This document shows positions 1 to 9,862 of a DNA stretch of 64,000 nucleotides, piece by piece. The notes beneath the pieces are model-generated. The model did no database searches. It worked only from the letters and a program-made list of their open reading frames with translations, and was not told the DNA's origin. Origin of the DNA: Thermoproteota archaeon (lineage in GTDB: Archaea > Korarchaeota > Korarchaeia > Korarchaeales > Korarchaeaceae); the NCBI GenBank assembly GCA_027491395.1, contig JAOZFI010000036.1:64001-128000 (forward strand). Reading direction: 5' to 3'. A program made the position numbers and the translations under genes. Position 1 is the stretch's first letter, and every line of letters starts with the position of its first letter.

Positions 1-598
1 GATTCTCCTCCTCCAACTTCCGCACTAGCTTAAGGTAAATGTTCTCGAAGTCGGGCCCCATTTCCCTCGACTCCGCGAGAGCCAGTAATTCCTCCACGGG
101 GATCTCAACAAAAGGTGAAACATGACCGAAGACCTCTCTCAAAGCGAGGAATACCCTGCCTTTCAACACAAGGAGGGACGGAGATCCCGTGAAAATGAAC
201 CTTAGAAGGAGGCCCACGGCGTCATCCAAGAGCAGAGGGAGGACAACTTTGCCTTTACCCTCTTCTCTCTCCTTTAAGAAGGCCAAGACGGCCTTCCACA
301 AATCCGCGTAGGGCGGTAGTCTTTCCTCCCTGATCGAGACGGGGAATCCAGATTCAATCTCCGAGAAGAGATCCCACAGCAGATCATCTCGCTTGAGCCC
401 TGACCTGATGAAGACGATATTGTCGTCCCTTCTCAGGAGCTTGTACCTGCTTATAGCCCGCTTAATCCTGCTGAGTAGGGAATCTCTGAGGCAGCGACGG
501 CATAGTACCTCTCCGGAATACCTCCTGACAATTAGCACGTCGCTAGATCCGCACCTGCTGCACCTGAGAGCATTTTTAGTGAGTGGGGGTCCATCCAT
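1..598 (-). CDS. Partial (runs off window start) TtuA/Ncs6-like tRNA thiolation family protein, degenerate
   Basis: Manual translation from ATG at 598: MDGPPLTKNALRCSRCGSSDVLIVRRYSGEVLCRRCLRDSLLSRIKRAISRYKLLRRDDNIVFIRSG...; N-terminal CxxC...LCxxC Zn finger typical of TtuA/Ncs6; not in ORF track. Confidence 0.6.
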   Translation of the reverse strand, partial: MDGPPLTKNALRCSRCGSSDVLIVRRYSGEVLCRRCLRDSLLSRIKRAISRYKLLRRDDNIVFIRSGLKRDDLLWDLFSEIESGFPVSIREERLPPYADLWKAVLAFLKEREEGKGKVVLPLLLDDAVGLLLRFIFTGSPSLLVLKGRVFLALREVFGHVSPFVEIPVEELLALAESREMGPDFENIYLKLVRKLEEEN

Positions 599-1320
599 CA
601 GGTAAGGTGCACGCGTTGCTCGATATAAAACCAGAAGCAGAAGTTATCTACGGTCCTGAGAGATGGGGGGTATTAGCTAGGAAGAGGAAGAGAGCGATCG
701 AGGTGATGGAAGTGCTATACAGCAGGGGAACATCTGCTTATGTCTACGGGAGCGTGGCTCGTGGAGATGTTAGGGAGAGCAGCGACGTAGATGTGATCGT
801 ACCTAGATACTCGCTCCCCCCCTCTCTCTTAGAAGGGATCTTGACAGATCGTCTAGGGGATCCTGTCTACAGGGAGATAGTTCAAGCCACCCCTAGAAGC
901 ACTCCCAAGTACCACATTCACTTCGATGGTAATACCACGGTCTCTATACCGATAGGGATACTGAGGAAGAGGGAGGAAGAGTTCTACAAATTCGGCGGAA
1001 GGCTCGATTTAATGGGCCTTAGAAGAGGAAAGAGAGTCCCAGGTGTGAACAAGGAACTGAGATTGATATTCCCGACGGAAAACGGTCACTTGGAGTATCC
1101 TGTGCTCGGATACGAGGAATACGTGGCCAAGGTACTGGGCGTGGATAAGGATGTAGTTGAGGAGAGAGTGAGGGTCCTAACAAAGCGGAAATCCGTCGGT
1201 ACAACGGGTCTCTACCTCAAATACCGCCCGTTACCGGGAGAGAGTTTTGAAGAAGCCGTATCAAAGCTCAAGAAGATGAAGAAAGGGTTCAGGTTGAGAT
1301 TGGCTGAGGATGGAATCTGA
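583..1320 (+). CDS. Predicted nucleotidyltransferase (COG2413-like, Pol beta superfamily)
   Basis: YGSVARGDVRESSDVDV motif; VPGVNKEL and G.TG C-terminal motifs; true start probably slightly downstream. Confidence 0.8.
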   Translation: MGVHPSGKVHALLDIKPEAEVIYGPERWGVLARKRKRAIEVMEVLYSRGTSAYVYGSVARGDVRESSDVDVIVPRYSLPPSLLEGILTDRLGDPVYREIVQATPRSTPKYHIHFDGNTTVSIPIGILRKREEEFYKFGGRLDLMGLRRGKRVPGVNKELRLIFPTENGHLEYPVLGYEEYVAKVLGVDKDVVEERVRVLTKRKSVGTTGLYLKYRPLPGESFEEAVSKLKKMKKGFRLRLAEDGI

Positions 1321-1324
1321 TTGT

Positions 1325-2398
1325 TTACTCTATCTGATACCTAAGTTTCGCAGCAATGCCACCGATGGACAACAACTTCTCGCCGGGCTCGCTCTTCGCA
1401 TCTACTATGTGAAACTCAGCCCTTGTGTCCTCACACATCTCCAATATCCTGAGCACGTCGTCACGCGTCACGGGATCGAAAAGGAGAGAGCTAGCTACCA
1501 AGACCTCATCAGCCGCGCCGAACTGGACGGCTCTCATTACCTCATTCAGCCCGTAAGTAACGAGCCTAGATCCCCTGCCAAGTAGCTCAAATATCTCATC
1601 CACCTCCCTCATGTCCCGCGCCAAGGTTAACTCCTTCACGACTTTCTCAACATCGCCCCGCTTTATCATTTCTAGAATGCCCGAGAAGGTGGAACTGGTG
1701 GCCCCACCTTCTCGAAGCTTCTTCCCGAGCTCTGGATTTCTTTCCTTCACATAGGATGAGAACTTCTCCTTGGTGTACCCAGGTCCTCCCACTACTATAG
1801 CTTGGGGTTTTATCCTAGAATCTATCTCCTCCAATAGGGATGATAGCTCCGCGTAGTATTTCCTCTCTGCATCATCCCTCCTTTTTAGATCTCCTCTCTT
1901 TGACGGGAGGTTGGACCTTACGTAGGCGATCTCCTCAGCCCTATACGCGTTCACCTTTGCAACGGTGGCACCTTCGTCATCTATCGCCACTAATATGACG
2001 TTTCCCTTACTTGAGGACTCTTCTGCTCTCCTCAATATGTCCAGATGAGATCTACTCCACTTCTCCTTCACGACTTTCAATGTGGACCCCTCTGTGACGT
2101 TTAATGTGTGATGCTGACCCTGTATCCCGAACTTCTCCGGACCTACCCTGACTATACCCGTGATCCTCAGCCTAGCGGAGTACTGATCCATCTTGACCTT
2201 CTCCACCTCTAAGGTGATGGTCATTGGGACCCTTTCTCCGCTGTCGGCCCTTATTCCCTCCTGCTTCACTCTCCTAGTAGTCCTCATGGTAACGAGGTCT
2301 CCCGGCTCTAGGATCGAGGAGAGCCAATAGAGATCATCCAAGCTTTCAACTCTCAGTTTGATGAATCCCTTCTTGAGATCCTGCTCTAGGATCTTCAA
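1325..2398 (-). CDS. pelA: mRNA surveillance protein pelota (Dom34)
   Basis: [38 protein letters not shown] motifs. Confidence 0.95.
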   Translation of the reverse strand: MKILEQDLKKGFIKLRVESLDDLYWLSSILEPGDLVTMRTTRRVKQEGIRADSGERVPMTITLEVEKVKMDQYSARLRITGIVRVGPEKFGIQGQHHTLNVTEGSTLKVVKEKWSRSHLDILRRAEESSSKGNVILVAIDDEGATVAKVNAYRAEEIAYVRSNLPSKRGDLKRRDDAERKYYAELSSLLEEIDSRIKPQAIVVGGPGYTKEKFSSYVKERNPELGKKLREGGATSSTFSGILEMIKRGDVEKVVKELTLARDMREVDEIFELLGRGSRLVTYGLNEVMRAVQFGAADEVLVASSLLFDPVTRDDVLRILEMCEDTRAEFHIVDAKSEPGEKLLSIGGIAAKLRYQIE

Positions 2399-2407
2399 CT
2401 ATGCCAC

Positions 2408-3643
2408 CTACTGTGCTGTATATATCGCTATTCCAGAGGGTCTCCTCACGATATCCCTAGCTACTCCCCCAACTATAGCTCTGACACCCACCTCATAGGC
2501 CTTATCCACTATTCTCTGAGTAACTATCCTGTCATAGACGATGTATCTGACACCGCCGACCTCCGATAGAGCGTTGAGGAGATCGGATGTCGACACTTCC
2601 CTTATCAGTGAGAGGTTGTCGTCCAGTAATAGGACCTTATCGGTGCCCCTGATCCTTGCGTACTGCTCTCTGAACATCTCTGGTATCCTGAGTAGTCTCT
2701 CATCCTCACCTCTCTCATGTCTCTGATGGGATACATGAGGTGCAGCGGATCTTATGACCATAATCCCCCTCTCCTGAGGCGGAGATATTCCGAGCTCCCT
2801 CCTCACCTCATCGGCTGGGATAGCTGAGGAAAGAGCCCTCCTAATCTCTTTAGCTGTCAGTTCCTCGACTACCTTACCTTCTGGAGCTCTGGCTACGTAG
2901 TCTATGTCTGTCTGCTCGAGCAAAGTCCTGAGAACCATTTCACCACCCCTATCCCCATCGACGAAAGCTATAGCTTCCTTCTCCGAGATCAGCTTAACCA
3001 GAGACTTGGGAACTCTCTCCACAGCGCCACCCATCGCTATCACGTTATCGTAACCGTATTTCAGGAGATTCATGACATCAGCCCTACCTTCGACGACTAT
3101 TATCTCCTCAGCGTCTTCAACGCCCCTAGCAGCTGGCAGCTCCTCATCCCCATAGAGTATGAAGTTGGACTTCGCGCTTTCCCTCTGCACGAACTCTATG
3201 AGCTTCCTGAAGCTGTCCTCCCTCTCAACGGACCACTTCTTTAATATTTCAGCGGCCCTCTTGGCTATCTCATTTCGCCTCTCCTCTCTATCGTCGAGTA
3301 TTCTAATCAACTTGAATTTCGCTGGATAGGGACCGACCTTATCAACAGTCTCCATCGCAGCGGCGAGCAACGCAGTTCTGACCTTATCCAGCCCAGAATA
3401 CAGCTCAACGATACCCTTGGACCTATCTCCTTCTCTCCTCATCCTTATGTTTATCCTTCCTATCTTCCCCGTCCTTTGGAGTTCCTTGAGCTCTAACTCA
3501 GGACCGAGTAGACCCTCTAGCTGTCCGAAAATAGCCCCTATCACATCACTAGTCTCTACCACGCCGTTAACTATAACCTCCAATTTGGCAACATACTTAT
3601 GATGGAAAGCATCCCTTCTCGAATTATCTGCCAAGATAATCAT
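2408..3643 (-). CDS. dnaG: Archaeal DnaG (primase-like, exosome-associated)
   Basis: GVVETSDVIGAIFGQLEGLLG, TOPRIM VVEGRADV and DGDRGG motifs. Confidence 0.95.
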   Translation of the reverse strand: MIILADNSRRDAFHHKYVAKLEVIVNGVVETSDVIGAIFGQLEGLLGPELELKELQRTGKIGRINIRMRREGDRSKGIVELYSGLDKVRTALLAAAMETVDKVGPYPAKFKLIRILDDREERRNEIAKRAAEILKKWSVEREDSFRKLIEFVQRESAKSNFILYGDEELPAARGVEDAEEIIVVEGRADVMNLLKYGYDNVIAMGGAVERVPKSLVKLISEKEAIAFVDGDRGGEMVLRTLLEQTDIDYVARAPEGKVVEELTAKEIRRALSSAIPADEVRRELGISPPQERGIMVIRSAAPHVSHQRHERGEDERLLRIPEMFREQYARIRGTDKVLLLDDNLSLIREVSTSDLLNALSEVGGVRYIVYDRIVTQRIVDKAYEVGVRAIVGGVARDIVRRPSGIAIYTAQ

Positions 3644-3660
3644 CCTCCCAAGTATACGGA

Positions 3661-3744
3661 TGTCCGCCCGCCAACTAATCCCCGTGGGTCACAGGTCAGC
3701 CCACGCTTTCCTCCCTACCCACGGGGTCATGCAGTGGCGGGCGG
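3661..3744 (-). ncRNA. H/ACA-like guide sRNA (single hairpin)
   Basis: 10-bp lower stem (3664-3673/3735-3744), internal loop, 10-bp upper stem (3680-3689/3717-3726), GA-rich apical region with CUGA, ACA immediately 3' of stem (3661-3663), 16 nt from pocket top to ACA; TATA-like ATTATATT upstream near 3767-3774. Confidence 0.6.
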
Positions 3745-3957
3745 CTAATATACGACACTTGCCGCAAATATAATCTCTTCGGTCCACTGGAAATCCCTAG
3801 CACAGAGATGCCTAAAATCCCAGTGAAGAGCACCTAATTTACGTGTCCTTTTCGAGAAGCTCACGCCCTTAACCGCATCTAACTACTCATGAGTGTCCCA
3901 TGGAAAGACCATAAAAGATTAAAATGGAGTGGGGTCCGACCCCATCCGAGGATAGAT

Positions 3958-4161
3958 ATGGGAACAGTGAGGGAGAAGGTAATTAAGAGGACTGCATATA
4001 AGCTCGTTAAGCAGTATCCAGATCTTTGGACCGAGGATTTCGAGCATAACAAGAGAATGCTCTCCCAGATAGCTGAGATAAAGTCCAAAGTCTACAGAAA
4101 CAGGATAGCAGGATATATCACCAGACTGAAGGTCAGAGAGAGGGAAGGAACACTTGTCTGA
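3958..4161 (+). CDS. rps17e: 30S ribosomal protein S17e
   Basis: MGTVREKVIKRTA...FEHNK...SKVYRNRIAGYIT; start moved to ATG 3958. Confidence 0.95.
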   Translation: MGTVREKVIKRTAYKLVKQYPDLWTEDFEHNKRMLSQIAEIKSKVYRNRIAGYITRLKVREREGTLV

Positions 4162-4256
4162 TTCTCTCATCTCGTAATGGGCTCTTTTTCGTTCGATTTC
4201 ATCCTTTTCAAGGCTATCCTTTTAGAAGCCAATATGCACTCACGAATCGAGGGGAA

Positions 4257-5636
4257 ATGAAGAGAATACTCTATGAGGATCTAGAGACGGCTCTTAAAGC
4301 TAGAGAGGCCAAGATAGCTGTCTTAGGTCAGGGCTACATAGGCCTTCCCACTTCACTTCTGATGGCAAGGGCGGGATTCACCGTCTACGGCTTCGATGTG
4401 AACAGAAACCTGATAGATGAACTCTCAAGGGGAGAGACCCGCCTCAAACAGGAGAAGGGCATAGCTGAATTGTTAGATGATCTTAAAGAACGCAATTACT
4501 TTCCAACGGAAGATCTAAGTGAACTGTATGAGTCTGACGTGGTTCTAATTGCCGTTCCCACCCCAAAGGGAAGAGATGGGCCTAATCTCAGTATGGTACT
4601 GTCGGCCTTGGAGAGCGCCCTGAAGGTAGTGAGGAGGGGCGGACTCATAGTGATAGAGAGTACACTACCTCCTGGAACGTTCTACGATCTGATAATCCCG
4701 ACAGTAGAATCTAGTGGTCTAGAGGTAGGCAAGGACATCTACCTAGCGTACTGCCCAGAGAGGGCCCTGCCAGGAAAGCTCCTCCAAGAGCTCGTCCAGA
4801 ACTTCAGGATAATCGGTGTTGTTGATGAGAAGTCAGGAATACTAGCTAAGACACTCTATGAATCCTTCGTTGAGGGTGGAATAGAGATAGTAGATCCGCT
4901 CACGGCCGAGATGGTCAAACTGGTGGAGAATTCTTACAGGGATGTGAACATAGCATTCGCCAACGAGGTAGCGAGGATGTGTGAGGTCTTGGGCGTGGAT
5001 GTGAGGAAAGTCAGGGAGCTAGCGAATAAGCACCCTAGGGTAAACATGCTGATTCCGGGGATAGGTGTGGGAGGAAGCTGCCTAACCAAGGACCCGTGGT
5101 TCCTGTTCTGGGCATCGCAGGAGAGGGGTTATCGACCCAATCTGATAAAGAGGGCCAGAGAACTCAACGCTGAGATGCCATTCCATTACGCTGGCATCTT
5201 AGATGAACTCGTGAGACAGCTTAGGGGCGGGAGAAGCGGTGTGATAGCCGTGCTGGGCTCTACATATAAGGGAGATGTTCCCGATCCCAGAGAGTCCCCA
5301 GTAGAGCCCTTCGTGAAGGAACTGGTTAAGAGAGGTCACGCAGTCAAGGTATATGATCCCCTCGTCAGGTCTTCATTCGGCGGCGAGTACGTGCCTGATA
5401 TATCGGAGGCAGTCAAGGATGCCGACTCAATCGCCTTCGTAACCGATCACACTGAGTTCAAAATGCTCGACCTGAGAAAGCTGAGGAAAGCTGTAAAGAA
5501 GGATGGACCGGTGATATTATTCGACGGAAGACTCCTTTTCGAACCAGAAGAGGCTGAGGAAGCTGGTTTCATATATATCTCGGTGGGAAGACCCTATACG
5601 ATCTTGGAGAGATCCCTCGTGACTATAGAGGATTGA
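4257..5636 (+). CDS. wecC: UDP-N-acetyl-D-mannosamine dehydrogenase (nucleotide-sugar dehydrogenase)
   Basis: GQGYIGLP Rossmann, IAVPTP, YCPERALPG, KLVENSYRDVNIAFANE, GVGGSCLTKDP. Confidence 0.85.
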   Translation: MKRILYEDLETALKAREAKIAVLGQGYIGLPTSLLMARAGFTVYGFDVNRNLIDELSRGETRLKQEKGIAELLDDLKERNYFPTEDLSELYESDVVLIAVPTPKGRDGPNLSMVLSALESALKVVRRGGLIVIESTLPPGTFYDLIIPTVESSGLEVGKDIYLAYCPERALPGKLLQELVQNFRIIGVVDEKSGILAKTLYESFVEGGIEIVDPLTAEMVKLVENSYRDVNIAFANEVARMCEVLGVDVRKVRELANKHPRVNMLIPGIGVGGSCLTKDPWFLFWASQERGYRPNLIKRARELNAEMPFHYAGILDELVRQLRGGRSGVIAVLGSTYKGDVPDPRESPVEPFVKELVKRGHAVKVYDPLVRSSFGGEYVPDISEAVKDADSIAFVTDHTEFKMLDLRKLRKAVKKDGPVILFDGRLLFEPEEAEEAGFIYISVGRPYTILERSLVTIED

Positions 5637-5667
5637 ATCGAAAATGTAAGAAATTAAGAAATCCGGA

Positions 5668-6759
5668 TCAAGAGATATGGTCTAAAAGGAACGAGGGGAG
5701 TGAGACTATCTTCATGCCTTTCACCTTATTTCTCCCCTCTAGGGCTTCATAGATCATGGAGTAACATGCGACTTCCTCGATAATTACGTAGTCGGCATCC
5801 ATGTTGCCTGCTATGTCAAGCAGCTTAGCTAGCCATCTGTCGAACTTCTCCGGCTCCGCTTGGTAGATGAGCGTGGCACCGCAGTCGCAGCACACCCACT
5901 CCGGGATCTCCAACACATTCGCATTCTTTATGGATCTCAGTATTCTCTTGGATGCGCCATTGCTCCTACACGATGGCACCAAGAACACCTTGTTCTTCTT
6001 ACCCTTCAGGCTCTTAGTCCTTATCTTTCCCTCTTCTAAAGCCTCTTCTATGACAGAGGCCAAGTCCTTCATGCCTAAATCCGTGAACATGTTGGCACAC
6101 AGCGAACATCCAGATACCACGTGTTTCGGGGAGAGGTCAGCTAAGAACCTCCTCAACTCTTCCCTTGACTCCTCAGAACTGTCCTTCTCCCCAATCACGT
6201 ACACGAGCCCTCCACAGCATGGCTCGTTTGTTCCCGCCGGGACTACCCTCTCCGAGATCTTATGGAGGAGCTTGTTAGCTGACAACGCCACTTCGGGTAC
6301 TGTGTGAACCCAGCATCCCGCGAAGAAGAGTAGATCTGCTCCCTTCTCGGGCTGGAAGTCAGGCGGCAGCCATACTCCCTTAGTTATCCTGTCTCCGATC
6401 GGGCTGCCGGTCTTCCTCCTCACGTCTCTCATGCCGACGGTGACTAAAGGGACGTATCCCATGTCTATTAACGCCGATCTGGAACCGACAATCACACCGA
6501 AGACATCTATGCCCACAGGACAGAAGTTACTGCAGAGCCCGCAGTTCATGCAGGTGAACGTGTAGCTGAGGAACTCCTCTGTTAATTCAATCTTTCCATA
6601 GCTTAGCATTGAGAGAAGTTTTATACGAGCCCTTGCGCCTTCTGTCTCCCTAAGACCCTCCACATGGAACATGGGGCAGGGGATGTTGCACGCTCCGCAT
6701 CCAATGCATCTCCCTAGCTCCTTGACAAGCTGCTCCGGGAACTCCACCAAAGGATTCAC
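5668..6759 (-). CDS. Fe-S oxidoreductase, GlcF/HdrD-like (2x4Fe-4S plus CCG domains)
   Basis: CIGCGACNIPCP and CMNCGLCSNFCP; FFAGC, EPCCGG. Confidence 0.85.
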   Translation of the reverse strand: MNPLVEFPEQLVKELGRCIGCGACNIPCPMFHVEGLRETEGARARIKLLSMLSYGKIELTEEFLSYTFTCMNCGLCSNFCPVGIDVFGVIVGSRSALIDMGYVPLVTVGMRDVRRKTGSPIGDRITKGVWLPPDFQPEKGADLLFFAGCWVHTVPEVALSANKLLHKISERVVPAGTNEPCCGGLVYVIGEKDSSEESREELRRFLADLSPKHVVSGCSLCANMFTDLGMKDLASVIEEALEEGKIRTKSLKGKKNKVFLVPSCRSNGASKRILRSIKNANVLEIPEWVCCDCGATLIYQAEPEKFDRWLAKLLDIAGNMDADYVIIEEVACYSMIYEALEGRNKVKGMKIVSLPSFLLDHIS

Positions 6760-8111
6760 CTCTCGATGAGCTTTCCGGGGTTCATGATCCAGTTCGGATC
6801 GAGAGCCTCCTTCACCTTAGAGAATATGGTCACAAACCCCTCATCCATATCTGGGGTTATCCTATTGACTCCGATGCCGGTTCCGAACCCCACAGATCCT
6901 CCCAGTGATACTGTCCTGCCTATGACGTTTTGGGCAGCTTTTTCCGTTCTCTCCACCTCCTTCTCGTTGGTGGGATCGTATAGGAATATGGCCATAACCC
7001 AACCCAAAGGCGGATCGAAGACGGTCACTACAGGGAGCTTCATCCTGGAACCCGTTCTATCTATCTCTTGGACAGCATCCCTGACTAAATGGGGATGAAC
7101 TCTCATGCTCACGACCTTTATCGCAGATTTCCTGCTCTTAGCAATCTCGTATATGCCCTTCCTCCTGATCCATATATCACTCGCATCCTCTAGATCAGCT
7201 TCCTCATGCTGAATCTCCATACTGCCCAATACTTCGCTCAACCTAGAGCTCCACAGATCCACGCAGTCTTCCTTACCCGCCAGCTCTAGATAGGCTATGG
7301 CTTCCGTTCCTCCACCTTCAACCACCTCTCTGTAGTTGTGATACACCTCAAAGCCCATCACGCTCATACCCTCCTTCTCTATAGTGTTCTGGACGGTTAT
7401 AGAATCAGATACATCCGAGAACTCAATTATGAAAGCCCTTCTACTCTCAGGTTTCAAGGGTAGTCTCAGATAGGCGGATGTAAATATCCCGAGGGTCCCT
7501 TCCGATCCCAACATTAGGCCTAGAGTGTTCCACTTACTGGGAGGTCCAGGCTGCTCTACTAAGACTACCTCTCCAGATGGGAGAACCACTTCGACACCTA
7601 TCACTAGGTCCTTCATGGTTCCGTATTTAGCTGAGAGCGGAGAGGCTGCATCTTCGGCTATTAGACCGCCAACGGTGGAAAATCCGGATCCGTCCGGATT
7701 AATAGGCATGAATCTATCGGGAAATACCTTGTTGAGCTCTAAGACTTTTACTCCTGCTTCCACTCTGATGAGACCGCTGAAGTCGTCCCTGTCCAAGATT
7801 CCGTTCATCATTTGCATATCTACAACTATGCCCCCCTCTATGGGTAACGGTCCTGCCACTAAAGATGTCCCTGAGCCCCTAGGAATTACCGGAACGCCGT
7901 ATCTATTGGCAGCCTCCACGATGAACGACACATCCTCTACATCAGACGGCCTAACCACGGCGGATGGGGTCGCATGAATACCAGAAGCATCGTAAGAGTA
8001 GGCAGACCTGTCCAGATCTTCTAGAAGAACCCTATCCTCTCCTAACTGGGAGGCGATCTCCTCCGCCGCTTTAACTGCTGGTTCCTCGGCCATATTTAAC
8101 CCTAAGACCAT
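6756..8111 (-). CDS. FAD-binding oxidoreductase, GlcD/D-lactate dehydrogenase family
   Basis: PRGSGTSL, GSEGTLGI, LDPNWIMNPGK motifs; 4-nt overlap with GlcF-like gene. Confidence 0.85.
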   Translation of the reverse strand: MVLGLNMAEEPAVKAAEEIASQLGEDRVLLEDLDRSAYSYDASGIHATPSAVVRPSDVEDVSFIVEAANRYGVPVIPRGSGTSLVAGPLPIEGGIVVDMQMMNGILDRDDFSGLIRVEAGVKVLELNKVFPDRFMPINPDGSGFSTVGGLIAEDAASPLSAKYGTMKDLVIGVEVVLPSGEVVLVEQPGPPSKWNTLGLMLGSEGTLGIFTSAYLRLPLKPESRRAFIIEFSDVSDSITVQNTIEKEGMSVMGFEVYHNYREVVEGGGTEAIAYLELAGKEDCVDLWSSRLSEVLGSMEIQHEEADLEDASDIWIRRKGIYEIAKSRKSAIKVVSMRVHPHLVRDAVQEIDRTGSRMKLPVVTVFDPPLGWVMAIFLYDPTNEKEVERTEKAAQNVIGRTVSLGGSVGFGTGIGVNRITPDMDEGFVTIFSKVKEALDPNWIMNPGKLIER

Positions 8112-8167
8112 GGGGAGCAGGAAAATGTAATAACCTTTCGTAGAGTAGGGGTAATCGGTGGGATCAG

Positions 8168-9268
8168 GTGTTTAGACTTCCACTTGACGGCCTTCACAGG
8201 GAGCTGGGAGCTAAGTTCTTCGAGTTCGCCGGTTGGGAAATGCCAATGAAGTACACGAACTCACTTAAGGAGACGCTCTCGGTCAGAAATTCGGTCGGGA
8301 TATTTGACACATCTCACATGGGGCGTTTCCTGCTCCGGGGACCTCACGCGGTTGACTTCCTCCAGAGAGCCACCTCAAATAACATCAGGATATCTAACGG
8401 GAGGACGAGGTACACCCTAACCCTCAACCCCGAGGGGGGAATAAAGGATGATAATGTGGCCTTCAAGCTTTCGGACGAACTTGTCCTATTCGTTGTGAAC
8501 GCGTCGAACAGGGAGAAGATACTGAAGTGGTTCGAGGGATTGATATCGGAGTGGGGTATGGACGTGGAATTGAGAGATGAGACCTTTAGGACCGTGATGA
8601 TGGCCATCCAAGGACCTAAAGCTAGGGGCCTCGTTCACAACGTATTAGGAAGGACTTTTGACCTAAAGAAGTTCAGGGTAGAAGAGAGTACTCACGAGGG
8701 AGCCAAGTTCATCGTAAGTAGGACAGGTTACACCGGGGAGGATGGCTACGAGATAGTAGCGTGGGATGTTCACTGGGCTGAATCCATCTACAGGGAACTG
8801 GTGGACAAAGGAGCGGTACCTTGCGGGCTGGTCGCGAGGGATATACTCAGGCTCGAGGCCGGGCTAGTTCTCTATGGGAACGACATAGACGAGGGAACGA
8901 ATCCATTTGAAGCAGGTCTGGATTTCGCCGTGAAGCTAGATAAGGAGTTCTTCATAGGTAAAGAAGCTTTGATTAGAGTGAAGGAGGAAGGGATGAAGAG
9001 GAAGAGGGTCGGCCTGCTAAGCGAGACTAGAAACTCCCCAAGAAAGGGGGATAAGATACTCAGGGACGAGGAAGAGGTGGGCGTGGTCACCAGCGGCACC
9101 TTCAGTCCCACATTAGGGAGGGGAATAGGTATGGGATACGTCCCACCTGAGTTATCAAGGGAGGGAGAGGAATTCACTATCAAGGGGGCGAAGGAGTTCA
9201 AGGCGAGGGTTTCTAAAATGCCCTTCTACGACGAAAGTAAGTACGGATGGAGGAGATCCTCTACCTGA
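8168..9268 (+). CDS. gcvT: Glycine cleavage system aminomethyltransferase T
   Basis: FAGWEMP, FDTSHMG, SRTGYTGEDGYE, ARDILRLEAG, VTSGTFSPTL. Confidence 0.95.
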   Translation: MFRLPLDGLHRELGAKFFEFAGWEMPMKYTNSLKETLSVRNSVGIFDTSHMGRFLLRGPHAVDFLQRATSNNIRISNGRTRYTLTLNPEGGIKDDNVAFKLSDELVLFVVNASNREKILKWFEGLISEWGMDVELRDETFRTVMMAIQGPKARGLVHNVLGRTFDLKKFRVEESTHEGAKFIVSRTGYTGEDGYEIVAWDVHWAESIYRELVDKGAVPCGLVARDILRLEAGLVLYGNDIDEGTNPFEAGLDFAVKLDKEFFIGKEALIRVKEEGMKRKRVGLLSETRNSPRKGDKILRDEEEVGVVTSGTFSPTLGRGIGMGYVPPELSREGEEFTIKGAKEFKARVSKMPFYDESKYGWRRSST

Positions 9269-9593
9269 CCTTCCCCAAGACCACATGACTGACGGTCTTC
9301 GCAAGCCTCCGAGTCTCGGCAATTTTAACGACGTCTCCTTCTTTTATATCGAGACACGGTGGGAGGTGCGCGTGAATCTTGCTCCTCCTCCTCTCGTACC
9401 TCTTGTATTTCGGCCTATAATGAAGGTACTCAACGAGCACGGTCACAGTTCCCGTCATCTTGGTGCTGATAACCCTACCCACCAAGGTCTTCCCCCTGAT
9501 AGATATGCTTCCGTGCCAAGGGCACTTTTCATCGGAGCATTCCCTCTCAGGAGGGATCACATCTCCGATCAGAGCTTCAGATAGTCTCCTCAT
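9261..9593 (-). CDS. rps17: 30S ribosomal protein uS17
   Basis: CPWHG, KYKRYERRRSKIHAH, ETRRLAKT. Confidence 0.95.
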   Translation of the reverse strand: MRRLSEALIGDVIPPERECSDEKCPWHGSISIRGKTLVGRVISTKMTGTVTVLVEYLHYRPKYKRYERRRSKIHAHLPPCLDIKEGDVVKIAETRRLAKTVSHVVLGKVR

Positions 9594-9862
9594 GATCTTT
9601 TCACCCTTTCCTCAGGTCTTCCCACTACCTTATCACCTAGGACGATGACTCGTTTACCACTGGGCAACCTAAATAAAAACAACCTCTTATCCTTAGGTAC
9701 CCTGACATCACCCTTGGATGTCCTGATCACAAGCATGTTCTTGGTCTCGTAAATGACCTTTCCCTTGATCCCCAGCTCCGGCAGATTGGGTGAGGACAAC
9801 AGTTCCACCTCCAGACCGATAAGCTCGTGATAAAGGATATTGGAGGGTTTTATGGGAGCTAT
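9590..9862 (-). CDS. rnp1: Ribonuclease P protein component 1 (Rpp29/Pop4)
   Basis: GIKGKVIYETKNML, GRPEER; the conserved NILYHELIGLEV lies upstream of the GTG at 9808, so start is placed at ATA 9862 (see findings). Confidence 0.85.
   Translation of the reverse strand: MAPIKPSNILYHELIGLEVELLSSPNLPELGIKGKVIYETKNMLVIRTSKGDVRVPKDKRLFLFRLPSGKRVIVLGDKVVGRPEERVKRS

Noticed and set aside
583-1320. Nucleotidyltransferase as an MNT antitoxin or CBASS-type defence enzyme
   Set aside because: No HEPN partner or effector adjacent; length and motifs fit the conserved COG2413 family.
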